Origin: Balanoglossus misakiensis
Lineage: Eukaryota; Animalia; Hemichordata
Direction of reading: 5' to 3'
Assembly (NCBI GenBank): GCA_040954595.2
Contig: CM082591.2
Coordinates: 4,201,957-4,265,956, forward strand
Length of the DNA stretch: 64,000 nucleotides
In this document: positions 12,896 through 26,303 of the stretch, piece by piece
Position numbering within the stretch: the first letter of the stretch is position 1
Layout of the letters: every line of letters starts with the position of its first letter
The notes under the pieces: generated by a model
Told to the model about the DNA's origin: nothing
The model's input: the letters and a program-made list of their open reading frames with translations, nothing else
Database searches by the model: none
Program-made: the position numbers and the translations under genes

Positions 12896-14420
12896 ATGCC
12901 AGATGTTTGTTCATCTTCTGTGGTAAAAAAATATTAAGGTAAATATTCAATGTGGTTCACACCCAATGTTTACTTCAACTTTTCATACAATTTTTCCCCC
13001 CTGTGCTGGCACCCATCTATCCTGACTGTGAAAGCAATAGCGATTAGTAGGGGCGGTGATGTAAGTGTGTGAGACGTTTAGTAGCTTCAGCAGGAATTAG
13101 AAATCAATCGTTAGCTTGAAAATGCTGAACCAAGGTAGCAGTGGTTTGCAGTCCCTTCTTAATACAACTTTTTGCTTTACAGCTTAACTGACTTACAGAA
13201 ACTTTTTTGCAATAATAAAAATGTCAACTTTTGGAAACATTTTTTTGTTAATATTGTTTTTGTATGACATTGTCTTTTCGGACAATATATAATACCCAAA
13301 ACATAAATTTTGTTGTGAATTGCTGTTTGAAACAAGTCGGGAGGAAATAATTGTAAACTGATTGCGCAAAACTAAAGAAGATGAATTGACTAAAGTGTAA
13401 CAAGTGAAACTTTAAAGATACATCTGATGAAAAGAATATGCTACATTTGTACTACAGTGTAACAAATAGGTTAGAGTAGCACAGCACCTAGAATTCCCAT
13501 CAGTTGTTCCTAAATCCTCCCATGTCTTTCCTGTAAAATTAATATTGTCCTTTTTTCAATTTTTTTGCTTCTAATATGCCTTTTTTCTTTAATTATTTTT
13601 TCAGCAGCAGTTTTAATTATGTCTGACAGGTTTATCTGACATTTGCTAACAAACTTTTGTTTGTTCCAGGCAGTTGCCAGGTGCCGATTTGTCGTTTTAT
13701 TTATGTCTTTAACCCCAAAACAAGTAATGTGCTGTTACCTGGATCACTTTGAATCTTGGAGTAGAATTTTTATGCGTTTCTATTATTCTTTCTTCTCTCC
13801 ACAGGCTTAAAGACTCTTTTACATCACCAAAAGATACTTCACCTGAAGCAAGGTATTCAACGCTTTATTCTGAAAGCCAAACTTTTCTTTTTTTTCGGTT
13901 GGGAACCAGAGGCCAGGAAAGCTTCTGCGATGCATGTAGTTATTTTTGTAACATAGTAGGCTGAGAGAGAGAGAGGTTTTGAGAATAGAACTGTTGTCCG
14001 ACAAAACTGTTCAAAAGGGCTAGTTAGGAAACTGTAATTCCTATAGAAAAGCGAAACAATATGGCTGACAAAGTGGCAGTTACTATGGTGATATGTGATT
14101 GACAGCTGAGTTTAAGTGTGTGTTCTAGTGACCTTTTAGTGATCTTTGAACTGATGAGACCTTCTTGCTACCACCTGTCTTTCAGTGTCCTATGTGAGAT
14201 TTTGTCGCTCATAGATCCGGCCACTGTAGGTTGTTGGCCCTGAGGCGTTAGCTGACATGCCCTGTGTCCATTTTCTTGGGAGCAAAGTGTACTGTATCAA
14301 AATACCATGGAAACACTCCATGCAAACTTGTTTCTGTATAAAATTACACGAACCGTGAGAAGCAATCTATATACACAGACCAGCTTTTTTCCGCAACTGC
14401 AGACCCCTCTCCCTCCAGTA

Positions 14421-14513
14421 AAACCCTTTCACCACTTCTCTGTGGTTCAACCCCCAATTTTTAAAGTGGTCCTGCCCGACGCATGCACTTAGGAAATGGG
14501 GGTGAAAGGGTTC
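14421..14513. mobile_element. Degenerate MITE copy in the predicted TnT-A 3'UTR
   Basis: AACCCTTTCACC...GGGGGTGAAAGGGTT termini. Confidence 0.65.
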
Positions 14514-15059
14514 AGCCGGGAACAGGAAGATCAAGCATTGTATGCTAGAGGCAGATTCCATCCATTTGTTTCCAATGAGGGATGTATTTTGCAAGTGCAC
14601 TTTCAAAGATGTTTTCTGTCCTTTGGAAAAGTTTTGTCAGAAAGGGACAGTCTCATTTGTTGAGCAAGGAAGTGAGTTTTTGTATACTAAAAAAAAATTC
14701 AAAAAGTGACCGACAATTTCATAAAAATATGTAGCATGAAAAGGCAAGCATGACATATCTATCTGTACTTTGCTCTAACGCTGCCAAACTTTCAACCACA
14801 ATGGGGAAAATGCCACTATTAATTAATTAATTAATTATTATAAATAACTATTTCATTTTGTACAGATTTTGTAGATGTTAGTTCGTTTTTATGTACAAAT
14901 AAACTTATGTTTTTTTTAAGAAATCGAACCTTGTGCAAGCCAAAGACATAAAGCAATGAAATAATGGTAGCAAATGTTTTAGTTCTTCAAGTTTCTGAAA
15001 TTCATTTTTAGTTTGTCTTTGTATTTGCTGGCCTCCTTTATAATCCCCTTGTAACTTAC

Positions 15060-15065
15060 AATAAA
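15060..15065 (+). terminator. Probable polyadenylation signal of TnT-A
   Basis: AATAAA followed ~20 nt later by a GT/T-rich tract; another AATAAA lies at 14898-14903. Confidence 0.45.
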
Positions 15066-16379
15066 AGAGACATTTTCAGCTCAACTGTTGTTTCCTCTCA
15101 TCGTTTTGTTGTCAGTGCCATGGTGATATCACATGACCTTTCACACATAAAGTACTGTAACTGCGTCACTCCTGACGCTGGGCGACCATACGACGTTGGG
15201 CGATCTCTTTAAAGTTATTTACAACATCGACAAACAACAGCAAGGAATGCCACATTATTGTTTTTTAAAAGAAAGCATATTCATCATCATCGTCATCAAC
15301 AACAACAAAACAACACGATTTATTCCTCTGTACCCTGTGGGCGATGACCCTTGCGTAGTTGGTGCAAGCATGTCCAGAACCCGATAAATGTATTGCAGTC
15401 ATGAGCTGGGCTTGTTTATGTACATACGTGAGTCGGGTCTCACTCATACGTACATAACTTCGTGCACTCGAATTCAATCCTGCAATATAATGTCCTATAG
15501 GCCTTTTTGAACTCATCTATTGCATCGAACGTTAACAAAAAAAAACCTTCCACGGGAGAGGTCCCAGTCTGAGCGTCCCAGAGGGCGCCATATTGGCCAC
15601 CTGTTGCCCAGACTAAACACAGTAGTCGACGCTTTGTTCAGCAGTATAGGACTAAGAGGTAATACAAAACAATGACTTCATTGTGCGTGTATTGACACCT
15701 GAGAAGTGCTGTGCATTGACATTGAAAAAATAAACAAAATAAAAAACAAGAGCACTTCACACATACTAACTAAATGCACATATCGACCGCAAAGTTATAC
15801 TGGCACCTGGAATTCCGCTTGTATTTGTTTTTGCAAGAGTTGGCCATTCTAACAAATATCTCTTTCTTCCATCGTAATTTAATGACTTATATGTAAAGTG
15901 GACTTCAGTGACATGATGGAAATTTTCTGGCAACCGCAGTTCACTGACTTTACATTGTTGAGAGAGTTGCTTTGTGTTTTTTCTCAGTCCCTCAAACATG
16001 GAGGGACTGTGTTTTTCTCTCATTGATTGATCAATAGGCAACTAATGCATGGCTGGTCCACGTTCTGAGTGAGCAAATTCTCGATGCAGTTAAATCTCAT
16101 AAGCTATCTCCTTCTCTACCGCTAGGGGTTGTGAGGAGCCACGACAAAGAACGAAAAACTTTATGAAATCATTGTACCTACAACGGGTCAGAAAACCAGG
16201 ACACACCTCGTCCAAAATCCCCTCTTAAACGAACTAATTCCCCTCCCCACCTCTAGCCATACAACGGGATTCCGTAATGAGAAAGTTATGATTTACATAA
16301 CAAAGACAAGATAGAACAATAAACCAATCAGAGAGGAGCTGTCATCAGCTCAGTACGAAAAGGCCGAGAAGGGGTGACG

Positions 16380-16456
16380 CCGGGAAAACTGTCAACAAGA
16401 AGGCGAAAGTTGCCGACTAAATTAACGCGGGGATTTCGACGTCTTCTGTACACGAG
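16380..16456 (+). other. Probable non-coding first exon of TnT-like gene B (start approximate)
   Basis: Donor GAG|GTAGGT at 16456/16457, downstream of CCAAT (16324) and AGCTGTCA. Acceptor TTGCAG at 18175 precedes ATG 18254. Confidence 0.5.
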
Positions 16457-16984
16457 GTAGGTAACAAATCACATACACCACTGTAGGTACATATACTCCA
16501 TATCATTCGTCAAATTTGGGATTTTTCTGTTATATCTTTCATTGACATATGTACTTAAGCGTTTTTAGACCATTCCTTCCACGAATTAAAATGCAAGACT
16601 CGTGCAAAAGAAGTCGTAGGGTAAATTCTTCGGCCATCTAAGCCAAACCGGGGAAACATTCCAGTAGCTTCGTCAGTTTTTCAAGGTGTAATATTACTGG
16701 GTGGATATATTAATATTTACCATAGGAGCCGTATATTAAGAAGTGCCCGGATGACAGGATCGTCTGCACGGAGGACAAGATCAATTTTCATCGGGGTTGG
16801 TTCGTTTGATATGCAAATTAACGAAAAGATCGACAAAGGGTTTCAGAAATCTGTCAATGGAACACGAATGTTGCATTGAAACTCTTTTAAAGTGGAAGTG
16901 CTTCAAAGACGGTATTAAAGTTTCACAATCGGCGTTACGCAATCTTCCAGTGGGGAAGCTGGTTTGGGGCTTCATTCATGAGCC

Positions 16985-16994
16985 CCTTAAATGG
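16985..16994. promoter_or_regulatory. CArG box in the predicted first intron of TnT-B
   Basis: CCTTAAATGG matches CC(A/T)6GG. Confidence 0.4.
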
Positions 16995-18253
16995 TAATTC
17001 ACACAATTGCCACATCCCCTTGAATGCGTTAAACTCCCAAGGAATGCGCGGATGGGGGAGTTAACTGTTTGCCGCTGTTTCTGGGCTCACCGGTGAACAG
17101 TTAACTATGTTTAGTTTGAGTTTACACGGTATATGTTACAACATCGTCACAAGTGAGAGATCTTTCTTGATGTTACCCGTGCAAACATTTCTTGCTCTGC
17201 CGCCGTAACTATCAAGACGCCACCGCTAAAATCTGGACACGCCTTTAGACGCACGTCCCTTCCAAAACAAACAAACTGCTCCAAACAGTAGACACATTCA
17301 CAGTTTTAACCATCCATGCCCTACAACATATACACCCGTGTTTCCATAGAACGTTCCCATATTTGCGCTGCTGTGAAGTGATGCTTTGATGCAGCTGAAT
17401 GTTATTCTCTCTTAAAATTAAAAATACAAAGTGGTAGACACTGTGTACATTTTGAATGAGAGGGCAAAGTTGTCTCAAATTGGAAATTCAAAATGGCCGC
17501 CAATCTCTTTATTGTTAATTAACTCTTTGGAGAATAATACTAGTAGTGAATTTTATGACAACAATATACGATGAACATCCTGTTTTATACAATGCAGTTT
17601 TCAAGAATACTACCCAAGCGCTTTAATATATTGAGAGATTTGCAAAACTAATATATTTCTGAGAAGCAGTCCCCGGGGCGTGAATAAACCTTAAAAATAA
17701 TATCGAGCACAGAAATACAGATAACACGGCAAGAGACTCTAAAGATTTGTGACCCGATTACTTGACAATGGAACACCGATAACAATGCGCTATCAAATTG
17801 AATTTGGTGACCCGCAGTGACATTACGACTTTCGGCAATGATGGAGTGACCTCAGTATTGCTGATCGCTGATTATAACTGTTGCCCAGGTGGGAAATCAA
17901 ATTAACCGTACCCATGGCGACCAGGGCTGTACAAAGCGCGGATTTCAGCCCCATTCAACCCCCGCTGGATGGCAATGATTGTACCGCCATCGTCGTGAAA
18001 TCACCTGGTATCCAGGACAACTGGAGTCGCTCACTACTATAAAGACTTTTCCATACGACAAGCAATTTGCTAAGACATGTGATAATAATTGATTTGGTGT
18101 AGTTCACTAGAAACTTATGCTGTTCATTGATATTGGCGTATTGCATTTATTTTGATTGTTAATTTATTGTTGCAGAATTTAAAGGCCACTGACAAACTCG
18201 TCCCACTTGTATCTTGTTCATCAGAGACGTGAAGAACTGTCGAACCAAGGAAG

Positions 18254-21200
18254 ATGTCGAGCGAAACGGATGCCGAAAGGTTAGAGAGACTCAGGCGCCG
18301 AGAGGAGCGAAGACGCAAACGAGAAGCGGGAAGGTAATTACAGTTAACCTGTCTATACCGGACATCAAGAGACTGCAGCAGCTACTATAGTGTCGGGAAC
18401 AGACAGACCTGCAGGTAGACCTAGTGCCGGAATGGGCTCAGTCAGATCCCTCCAAGCATAGACCACGTTGTAAAGGCAACCGGTGAAGTAAACCCACAGC
18501 AGCTCTATCGATTAAGGCCTATACAAATGCATGGCTGCAGCAACAATACCGACAATCTACCTTTTGTTGTTGCCAGTAACTTTCTATGTACAACGCATTG
18601 ACGCTTTAGCTTTGTTGTTTGCCGTCGAACCATGACACGACTAGTTAGTAGCATCATGCATACAGCATAGACGGTCGGACCAAGTGCCGATGGTGATTAC
18701 AATGACTATACGTTGGCCATGAGCGATTTTGTGTTGTCAGTGGTCGACTTAAAATCAAACTTAAGAATTTACACCTGCTTAAAATGGCCTGTATAAGTAC
18801 ATTGGAGGAGGAATAGAATATAATTACCTGGAAAAATTTAATGTCAATAGACAGTTTCTCTTGAGGAAGTTGTCCCTTGAAATTATTGCTGCAATATTGT
18901 CAAATGACTTCGGAAACTAACCTGACTCGGTTCATAAATTATTTCTGAAAGATTTTGCTTCTCGGTATTGTTCTACAGATCAGCTCGAAACGCTGAACTG
19001 CAAGTCGAAGCCGATCCTGAAGACGATCCTGCATCCTTCTATTTGAACTCTGGGAGGAGTTCTGAAGAACCGTCCGAAAATGGCCATGTTGTCGAGAACG
19101 GGTTGGCGACATCGTTCGGGGACGATGGCCCCAAGGTAAGGCGAATTCGTCAAGTCACTGTGTGGTAAAACACCCAGGTGTCGCCATTGATGAGAGAGCG
19201 ACTACGTGAGCAACGCGCTATCCTTTTGGCCAGCTACTAACTGTTCAATTGGACGCTGCTCTTTGATTGGTCAAAATCAGCTGTCGACGACTCCAAGCAC
19301 GATACAGATTTAGGAATTGCATAAAATGAGTAATTATGGGCGAAACTGGAAGAAATGAATTAATTGAAGCAGCCGCCACCACCAAAAACCACCAACACCA
19401 CCACCCAGTCCAGGTGTACGCTTAATCACCCCGGCCCACCCCCTGTAAATACTGAAGGCTGCCTAAGTTGTTTTGACATTATTATTTGTGTCTTTCAAGG
19501 AAAATGGATCGCTTGGAAAGGAAAATCTCGAGGAAAGACGGCCCTCGGCCGGCAGGTAAGACACACGACAAATGTGCATAATTTAACCAACATTATAATA
19601 AGTATCGCGAGATCTCACATAGAGCGGAAAATGATATATTCTACTTTAATAGGATGCATGATAGCTGACCAAGTAAGCACATAGCAACATTCTAAGAGAC
19701 TTCACTACATATACATGCACAGTAAGTTCGATGCCCTATGCAACATCATGTCTCGGTAATTGCTTCAATTCATTCGTTCTTTTTTGTCGTTTGCTTTGAA
19801 TTGCTTGCTTCGTTGCCTAAAGGAGAAACTCACTTTTGGGTTACAGAGTTAAGTCACCTAAACAATGGTCTCCGAAAATAATATGGTATAAAACAGTATA
19901 CATCTTCAGAAGTGGAGTGTTTATTGTTGCCTTTTCCCCTCTGCTTGCTAATATCACATGCCTGCCAAGAGTGTTTACAGGCTACCCTTGCAAGAATTAA
20001 CTTGAATTTTGTTTTGTGTGAGTTTGAAAAGATGGAGTCAACTGGGCTATAACCCGAGGGGGTTTCCGAGGGGTTTCCGGAATGCCTTTGAGACCCTGAA
20101 AAGGGGCGTGTAATCATTAAAAATGATGTTTAATATCTCACTGTATTTTACGAAATGTTTAACTAACTGCGTGCGTGTGGGTTTTTAAATTTGGATTTTA
20201 GTGATGTTTTTCGTCACCGTCTTTGTGATATGCTGTGTTGTGACGATGCAAATTTGCCAAATATGGCATCTTTACACTGAGCAAAAGGGTGTATATTTGA
20301 GTGCAACTCAGCACTGATATCAATCATTTTTAAGTCATTATAATTTACGTTTACTAAATATTTCCTCCAGGGCACAATTGGCAGTCAGTGTTAAACCCGG
20401 AGAAGAAACAGATGTGCAGTCTGAATTTGCTGTGAGTAAAATAATAATGTCTCTATTTTGGTTTTGGGAAGCTATGTATACAATTATCAGGGTACACATT
20501 CAATAAAGAATGTAATTTGGTGCAATTACTCCGTCTCCCTTAGCTGCTAATTTTATCCAACAAAAAATTGCCCGGGTATACGAGTTCTGAGCTTAGGTGC
20601 AACACTTTTCGCCGAAAACATTGTAGTAAGCCTCAAATACTGTATAAAAGAAATGGAAAAGAATAAAAAAGGTGCAAAACTGAAGCTACTAAACTTATAA
20701 GAATAACTTGTGTGTAAATAATGTAAAAAAAAGATAAAACAAAAAATCTGGCCAGTACGGGGCTCGAACCCGCGACATTCGCGTTATTAGCACGACGCTC
20801 TAACCAACTGAGCTAACCGGCCATGCTTACTAATGGCTTACTTTGCATAGTAGATATAGTTTGTAGTACGCGTAATGTCTATTCAATTTTTAACAAAAGC
20901 ACGAACACAAAACACGATTCAGTCAGCCTGTGTGAAACATTTTAAGTGAAACCGGTTCTATATAGTACCTAGCTGGGCAATGAGTCTTTCGTTTAGACAT
21001 TTCACAGGCTTCGGATTAGTTGGGTCGTGACGCGTCGGCGCTCGGCCGCGTACTCGGTGGGTTTTCGGGTCGCGCACGCATGAACACGAGTACGGCTCAA
21101 ACATTTATCTGCTTTAATATCTATAGAGTTTATCCGATCAACAGACGCCTGTACGTGATTGTACCTGGCCTGGGCCACATGTGCATTCAACTAAATCAGA

Positions 21201-23571
21201 TTGTGCTGGACTATGAAAACGAAAAAAAATCTAATTCACTTAGCTTGTTGGATAGAAAATGGAATAGAGTAGGACTTTCGACTGGCTTGAAATGTCCATG
21301 TAATAAAGTGTTTCTTTCCTTGAGTAAGTTTCTGAAGAAATTTATTATTCTTTGTTACACCTGTCGCCTTTTCTTGCAGGAGATGCACGAGAGACTGAGA
21401 CAGGAAGAAGAGCGGAAGGAACGGCAGTTGATGGAAGAGCGTGAAGCGAAACGTCAGCGGGAAAATAAAGAATGGGAAGAGATGAAAGAACGGAGGGTAG
21501 GAGAACTTTCAGTTCTCGTGAAAAGTTCCTGTATAGACTTGTTACAAGCTGGGCGTTATTCATATGAGGAACCTGTTGATGTTGGCCTCCATTGAATAAA
21601 CGAATGATGATAAAAAATAGAACGAATATCGTCTGATTACAATTATCTGTCGTCCCACTCTGGACATATTGATTCCCATTTGATCACAAAAGCAAAACCA
21701 TCCTTTTGGTAATTTTAGGAACGCCGCATGCGTGAAAGGGAGGTCGAAGAAAAGGCAAGGCAGGAACGAGAGAAGGAAATGCAGAAGAAAGCAGAGGTAT
21801 GTAACCATGGCGACCGGAAGTTTCCAATTGGGTTGCAATGAGTCAAAATCTCGATGTTCTGCTGTACTCCAAAATCATTGCTTCCCGACAAACTACTACT
21901 TTTGACCGTAGAGAAGCAAAATTCGCATCCATCAATAATTCATATTCGTGTCCTCTCTGTAGGAAGAAACCCGCCTGCGCAAGGAGAAAGAAGATCAGCG
22001 AAAGGCCGAACTCCAAGAGAAACGGAAAAACCAAGAGAACATCTTGACTCTAAACAAAGGAATCATGAAATTGGCCGGTCATCTCAGTTTGAAAGTAAGA
22101 AAACTCACCCCATCCTGTGATTTTTGTGCCTATAACACCTGTGCCTTGCCACGCAAGATGTCGCGTGTTCTCGTTGAGTTCGGAAAATGGCCTATTGATT
22201 ACGTGGTCTATTTTCTCAGGAAAATATCCGCCGGGCCAAGGAAGACGCCGGGAAAAGTAACAAAGAACTGGAAACGCAGAAAGAAGCTGCATTGGCTGAG
22301 AGAGTACCGCCACTGAAAAGTAATGGCTCAAGACAAGACATGAAAATGTATGCGCACGAACTCTATGAACGACTGGAACAAGCTCTAGATAATGTCTACG
22401 ACCTTCGTCAGCGAAAAGAACGCCAAGACTATGACGTGAGTTCATGTCTTTCCCTGACTCTGTTCTGTCCGTCCACCCTCTCTCGATATGAGCAACTTTA
22501 ATCCCATTTACCTGTTCTTGGTGACTTTGGTCACGTTTTGAACTCTCCTGTTTTCCTTTTGCAGTTGAATGAGCTGGAAAAACGCCTTGGTGTAATGAAA
22601 AACACGTGAGTACTCTTTTGAAGCCAATATATTATCTGATAGCACTATAACGCAATTTCTTGAACCAAGATTCACTAGAACGACTTTCACGTCTTTTTTT
22701 TGCTTGCACACAGGGCAAACACACCAAAAATTCTGAGCCAAGTTGGAAGAGTCAGCCGTCTAAAGGGTATCATGTCCGAAGACCAGGTAATTATAAGATA
22801 AAACATTTCCTGACGGTTTCCAGTGTAGAAGGAAGTTTTACGCAATATTCGGCATTTTATTTCATTTACAATGAAATGTTTTCCATCCCTTTCCCGAGAT
22901 TATTCATAAGGAATGTGGTAAAAAGTAACGATTTATTGTTTGCCATAATCTGCAGTGTGATACAAAGTAACAACCACATTGTTTGAAATGCTACCAAGTA
23001 GCAGCTGTGTCGTCGACTCCCGCAGCCCCAGACAGGACGACGCCCACTCTTTAACATAAGTAGAGAGGGCCAGGTGGTTCTACGCAAATTTGCGCTGAAG
23101 AAAAATGGCTGTTGGAATGGTGTTGTGATGAATATGATTAAGGGAGCCCTAAAAGGCAAAGGGGAGATTTATAAAACCTACAAAATTTGTCATTTCTTCC
23201 CCCAGAACGCAAATACCGTCACTCCCGGCAAATCTCGCTCCCAGCGTGATCGGGAGGAAGGCAGCATTGGCAAAGGAGGGGTTCACGGGCGATTGGCCAT
23301 GTTTGAACAAGGTGGAAACAATAGTCCATCTCAAAGAGGCAAGGTGAGTAATCGATTCTTAAACGCCCCTTTGTTCTTTTGGGGAACTCTGTCAATAATC
23401 CTTGCATGATAGACCTAAACCCGAAACCATGTATACGTGTCTGTATGTGTCTGTACAGACAAATGATGAGTTACCAAGATATCTGCTTGCATATCCATTT
23501 TACAAAATGTCATATTAATATTCTCTACTCCTTTCTCCTTTCAGCCACCACCACAGATAAAACTGTACTGA
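18254..23571 (+). CDS. TNNT: Troponin T-like protein B (~391 aa), multi-exon
   Basis: Exons 18254-18333, 18979-19135, 19500-19555, 20371-20431, 21380-21496, 21719-21796, 21963-22094, 22220-22435, 22565-22605, 22714-22786, 23206-23343, 23545-23571 (PPPQIKLY-stop); phases are consistent throughout. Contains KSNKELETQKEAALAERVPPL and VYDLRQRKERQDYDLNELEKR, matching the invertebrate TnT signature (YDL..R..RQDYDL.EL..R). Core exons of 117, 78 and 132 nt are identical in length to those of gene A. Confidence 0.88.
20749..20822 (-). tRNA. trnI-AAT: tRNA-Ile (anticodon AAT)
   Basis: Reverse complement GGCCGGTTAGCTCAGTTGGTTAGAGCGTCGTGCTAATAACGCGAATGTCGCGGGTTCGAGCCCCGTACTGGCCA (74 nt) folds as a cloverleaf with intact A and B boxes. 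A T-run terminator follows on the minus strand (A6 at 20741-20746 on +). Confidence 0.97.
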
Positions 23572-24527
23572 CACTGGACAGATAAAATTATACCGTTCAA
23601 TGAAGACACTAACATCACACATAGATATGGGATTCTACACAGCAGTTTCAATGAACATATTGCCTTCTGAAAATGAAAAGTCAAAGAAGCAGAAGTATTA
23701 TAGGCTTTGCAAATTCAAAGGCAAATTTTTCTGATCTTTCTAAGTCACATGATTTTTCTCCAGACATTTAATTGATTTCTAGTCACACATACTGCATCGT
23801 ACAATTTGATGTCATATTCATGTGACGTTGTTGAGATTCTCTTAGCATACACAATCAGGTAGCATATAGTATCATCTTATTAACTGTCTCATAGTATATA
23901 GCAATTTGTATTCCTTTTTCTAGATAACAGCGAGGTTAGTTAACTTACAACAAGGTTGTTGGATAAAATAGACTTATTGATCTATTTTTATATCTAGGCT
24001 TTTACCACATAAAGAGGTTGTATCTTAGGGGCACCAAGTGGTCATCCATTATTTTTTGCTACATTTCTTGATAACTTGTTGCAAATTGCAACTTCTACAT
24101 ATTGCTACTTTGTTTCAACGAAATTGACACATGTATTCCACATTTTTGATACATGCACATTGTTGCTAAGTACCAACTGCAACTGTTCTTGAAACCTTGT
24201 TGCAAAGTGATGTAGTTTTTGTTACCATGTGGCAAAATGACAGTGCTTGACTGTTTTTCATGTCACAGCTGCACAGCTGCTTTGAAAGATTGTGGGATGA
24301 TTTACCATGGTTTGTAAACACGGCACACATACATGTATAAACAGGAACATGTACGCTGGAAGACCCATTAAATCAGATTTATGATTTACAATAAACTGAA
24401 ATTACTTCTCAACCACCCATCACCAGGAGTATGCTATTCTAGCTCTGTAGTAAATTTGAATGGAAGACACAATTTACTGACACAAAAGATTTTTGTTGAA
24501 ATGTCAGGGTTTCAAAGGTTTAAGTTG

Positions 24528-24533
24528 AATAAA
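24528..24533 (+). terminator. Probable polyadenylation signal of TnT-B
   Basis: AATAAA followed by a GT-rich tract, ~270 nt from the convergent TnI signal; alternative AATAAA at 24390-24395. Confidence 0.4.
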
Positions 24534-24789
24534 TACAATACCAAATCCCACTGTGTTTATGGTGATATTTTGTATCATTTTATGAGGGAAGACACATAAA
24601 GAGATGAATGGTGACGACGATTGATTTATGTACAAACACTTGACAGATACCTTGACATTGCTATCAACCATCATCTAGGTGTTAACATAAATCTGTCTTT
24701 CCATCATCAACTGATAACAATGTGACCTTACTATTTGGGTGTGGTTCACAATGGCATCACACACCACAGTAAAATGAGACACATACACT

Positions 24790-26303
24790 CAAGTTTGATA
24801 CTTTTTATTTACTTGGGCAGTTAAAATGAAATTGTCTGCAGCAACACAACCAGGCTTGGTGGGCTGTGAAAACTTTTTTATCATCAAGTTAAGTAGCATT
24901 GTTCGGTAAGGTGTCTTGTTGATGTCTTGGAAAACTTTTTAAAAACTATGAATAAGCATCCATTAATCATTAATTAAATTCAAACAGCTTCCATCTTAAG
25001 TCTGAATTTTGCAACCATTTGCAAAAGTTTCACTCAAAAACTGACAAGCTATTTGATTTGTATGTTTAGATTTTTGGTGTCAAATTATCATATCATTTAC
25101 ATAATCCAAATATGGTTGTGTCACTGCTGCTAGTAGGCTTTGATTTCCTTTCTCCTGATAGTCTCTAAGAGTAGGGCACTCATGGAATTTACAAATAAAA
25201 AGTTAGTATTTTACAAAAATAGTTTACTTGTCTAAGCTTGATACAATCCGTGACTTCAAGTTGTAGCGAGATTACATGCTTCATGAGGTCAATGTTATGA
25301 TGGCATCAAATATTCTCAAACATTTTGCACTTACATGATACAAGTTATAAAAGTCATAGGTTAAAGGTTAAAACTACTGGTGACTAAAACTATGAAGATG
25401 CACAATATTGATACAATATTGGCTGTGCGCCAAAGACTATTGGCCACCAGCCAATAAAAGTTGGCTGTCTGCCAAGAATATATTTCATATACATTTGTCT
25501 TGTTCTCTACAGTTGAAAACCAGTTTACCATAGTGATGTTAGAATGTGTTAAATACAATTTACAAAGAATCACTCCTAAAAAAATGCAACATGCAATGGT
25601 TTTAGATGAGAGCATGCAACAAAGATTCAATTTTGCGTCTCGCAAAGCTAGTCTAGAGATGAAATAAGTAAAACTAATCATGAAATCACAAGTCACAATT
25701 GGATTTTTGTCTTTTTTATTGCTATTTATCGTAATGGACATCCAAAGTGGCTCCAGCTCATTACATATGCTCATCTAAAACCATTGGATAAAAAATGCCA
25801 AGAAATGGAATTCAAGAAAACAAAATAGGCACAAGCTCACTACAGACTGGCAAGACCTCAAATATTTCAAATTTGTGGTTAGAAATTCATTACATATTTC
25901 TGCAGCAGATGAATACTCAAACTGTGAATGGTGGGTTTTCTTCAGCGCTTCAGTTCTTTGGTTTTTAGTGAAATTTCTCCTATGCTACACGCAAAGAATA
26001 TTGCATAAAAATTCTAGAAAATCTGTAAAAAAATTCTACTTTTTTAAATATATTTTTTGGAGCTGCTTTTTGTGCCACTTTGCTTGGTCGGCACTGTAGC
26101 ATACAATTTGTATGACTTCGTTTTTTAGGTCTACACTGACCCCCTAAGTACATAAAAATATGGCAATGCTCGACTGTAAGCTGTTATCCTATTGGTTCAC
26201 TACGAGTGTGTCCTCTGCTGGCATGATAAATATTGATGAGTAAGGCGGTCATATATTGCGTGGACGACAAAAAGCGGTAAGATGCCCCGGTGAGTGAAGA
26301 AAG
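24790..26303 (-). other. Probable 3'UTR exon of the TnI-like gene
   Basis: The stop-containing exon ends at a GTAAGT donor (26562/26561). Strong acceptor TTCTTGTCTTCATTTCAG at 26304; minus-strand AATAAA at 24804-24809. Confidence 0.55.

Noticed and set aside
21020-21595. Longest ORF in the track (191 aa) as a stand-alone gene
   Set aside because: It is the 117-nt TnT-B exon plus flanking intron that happens to stay open.
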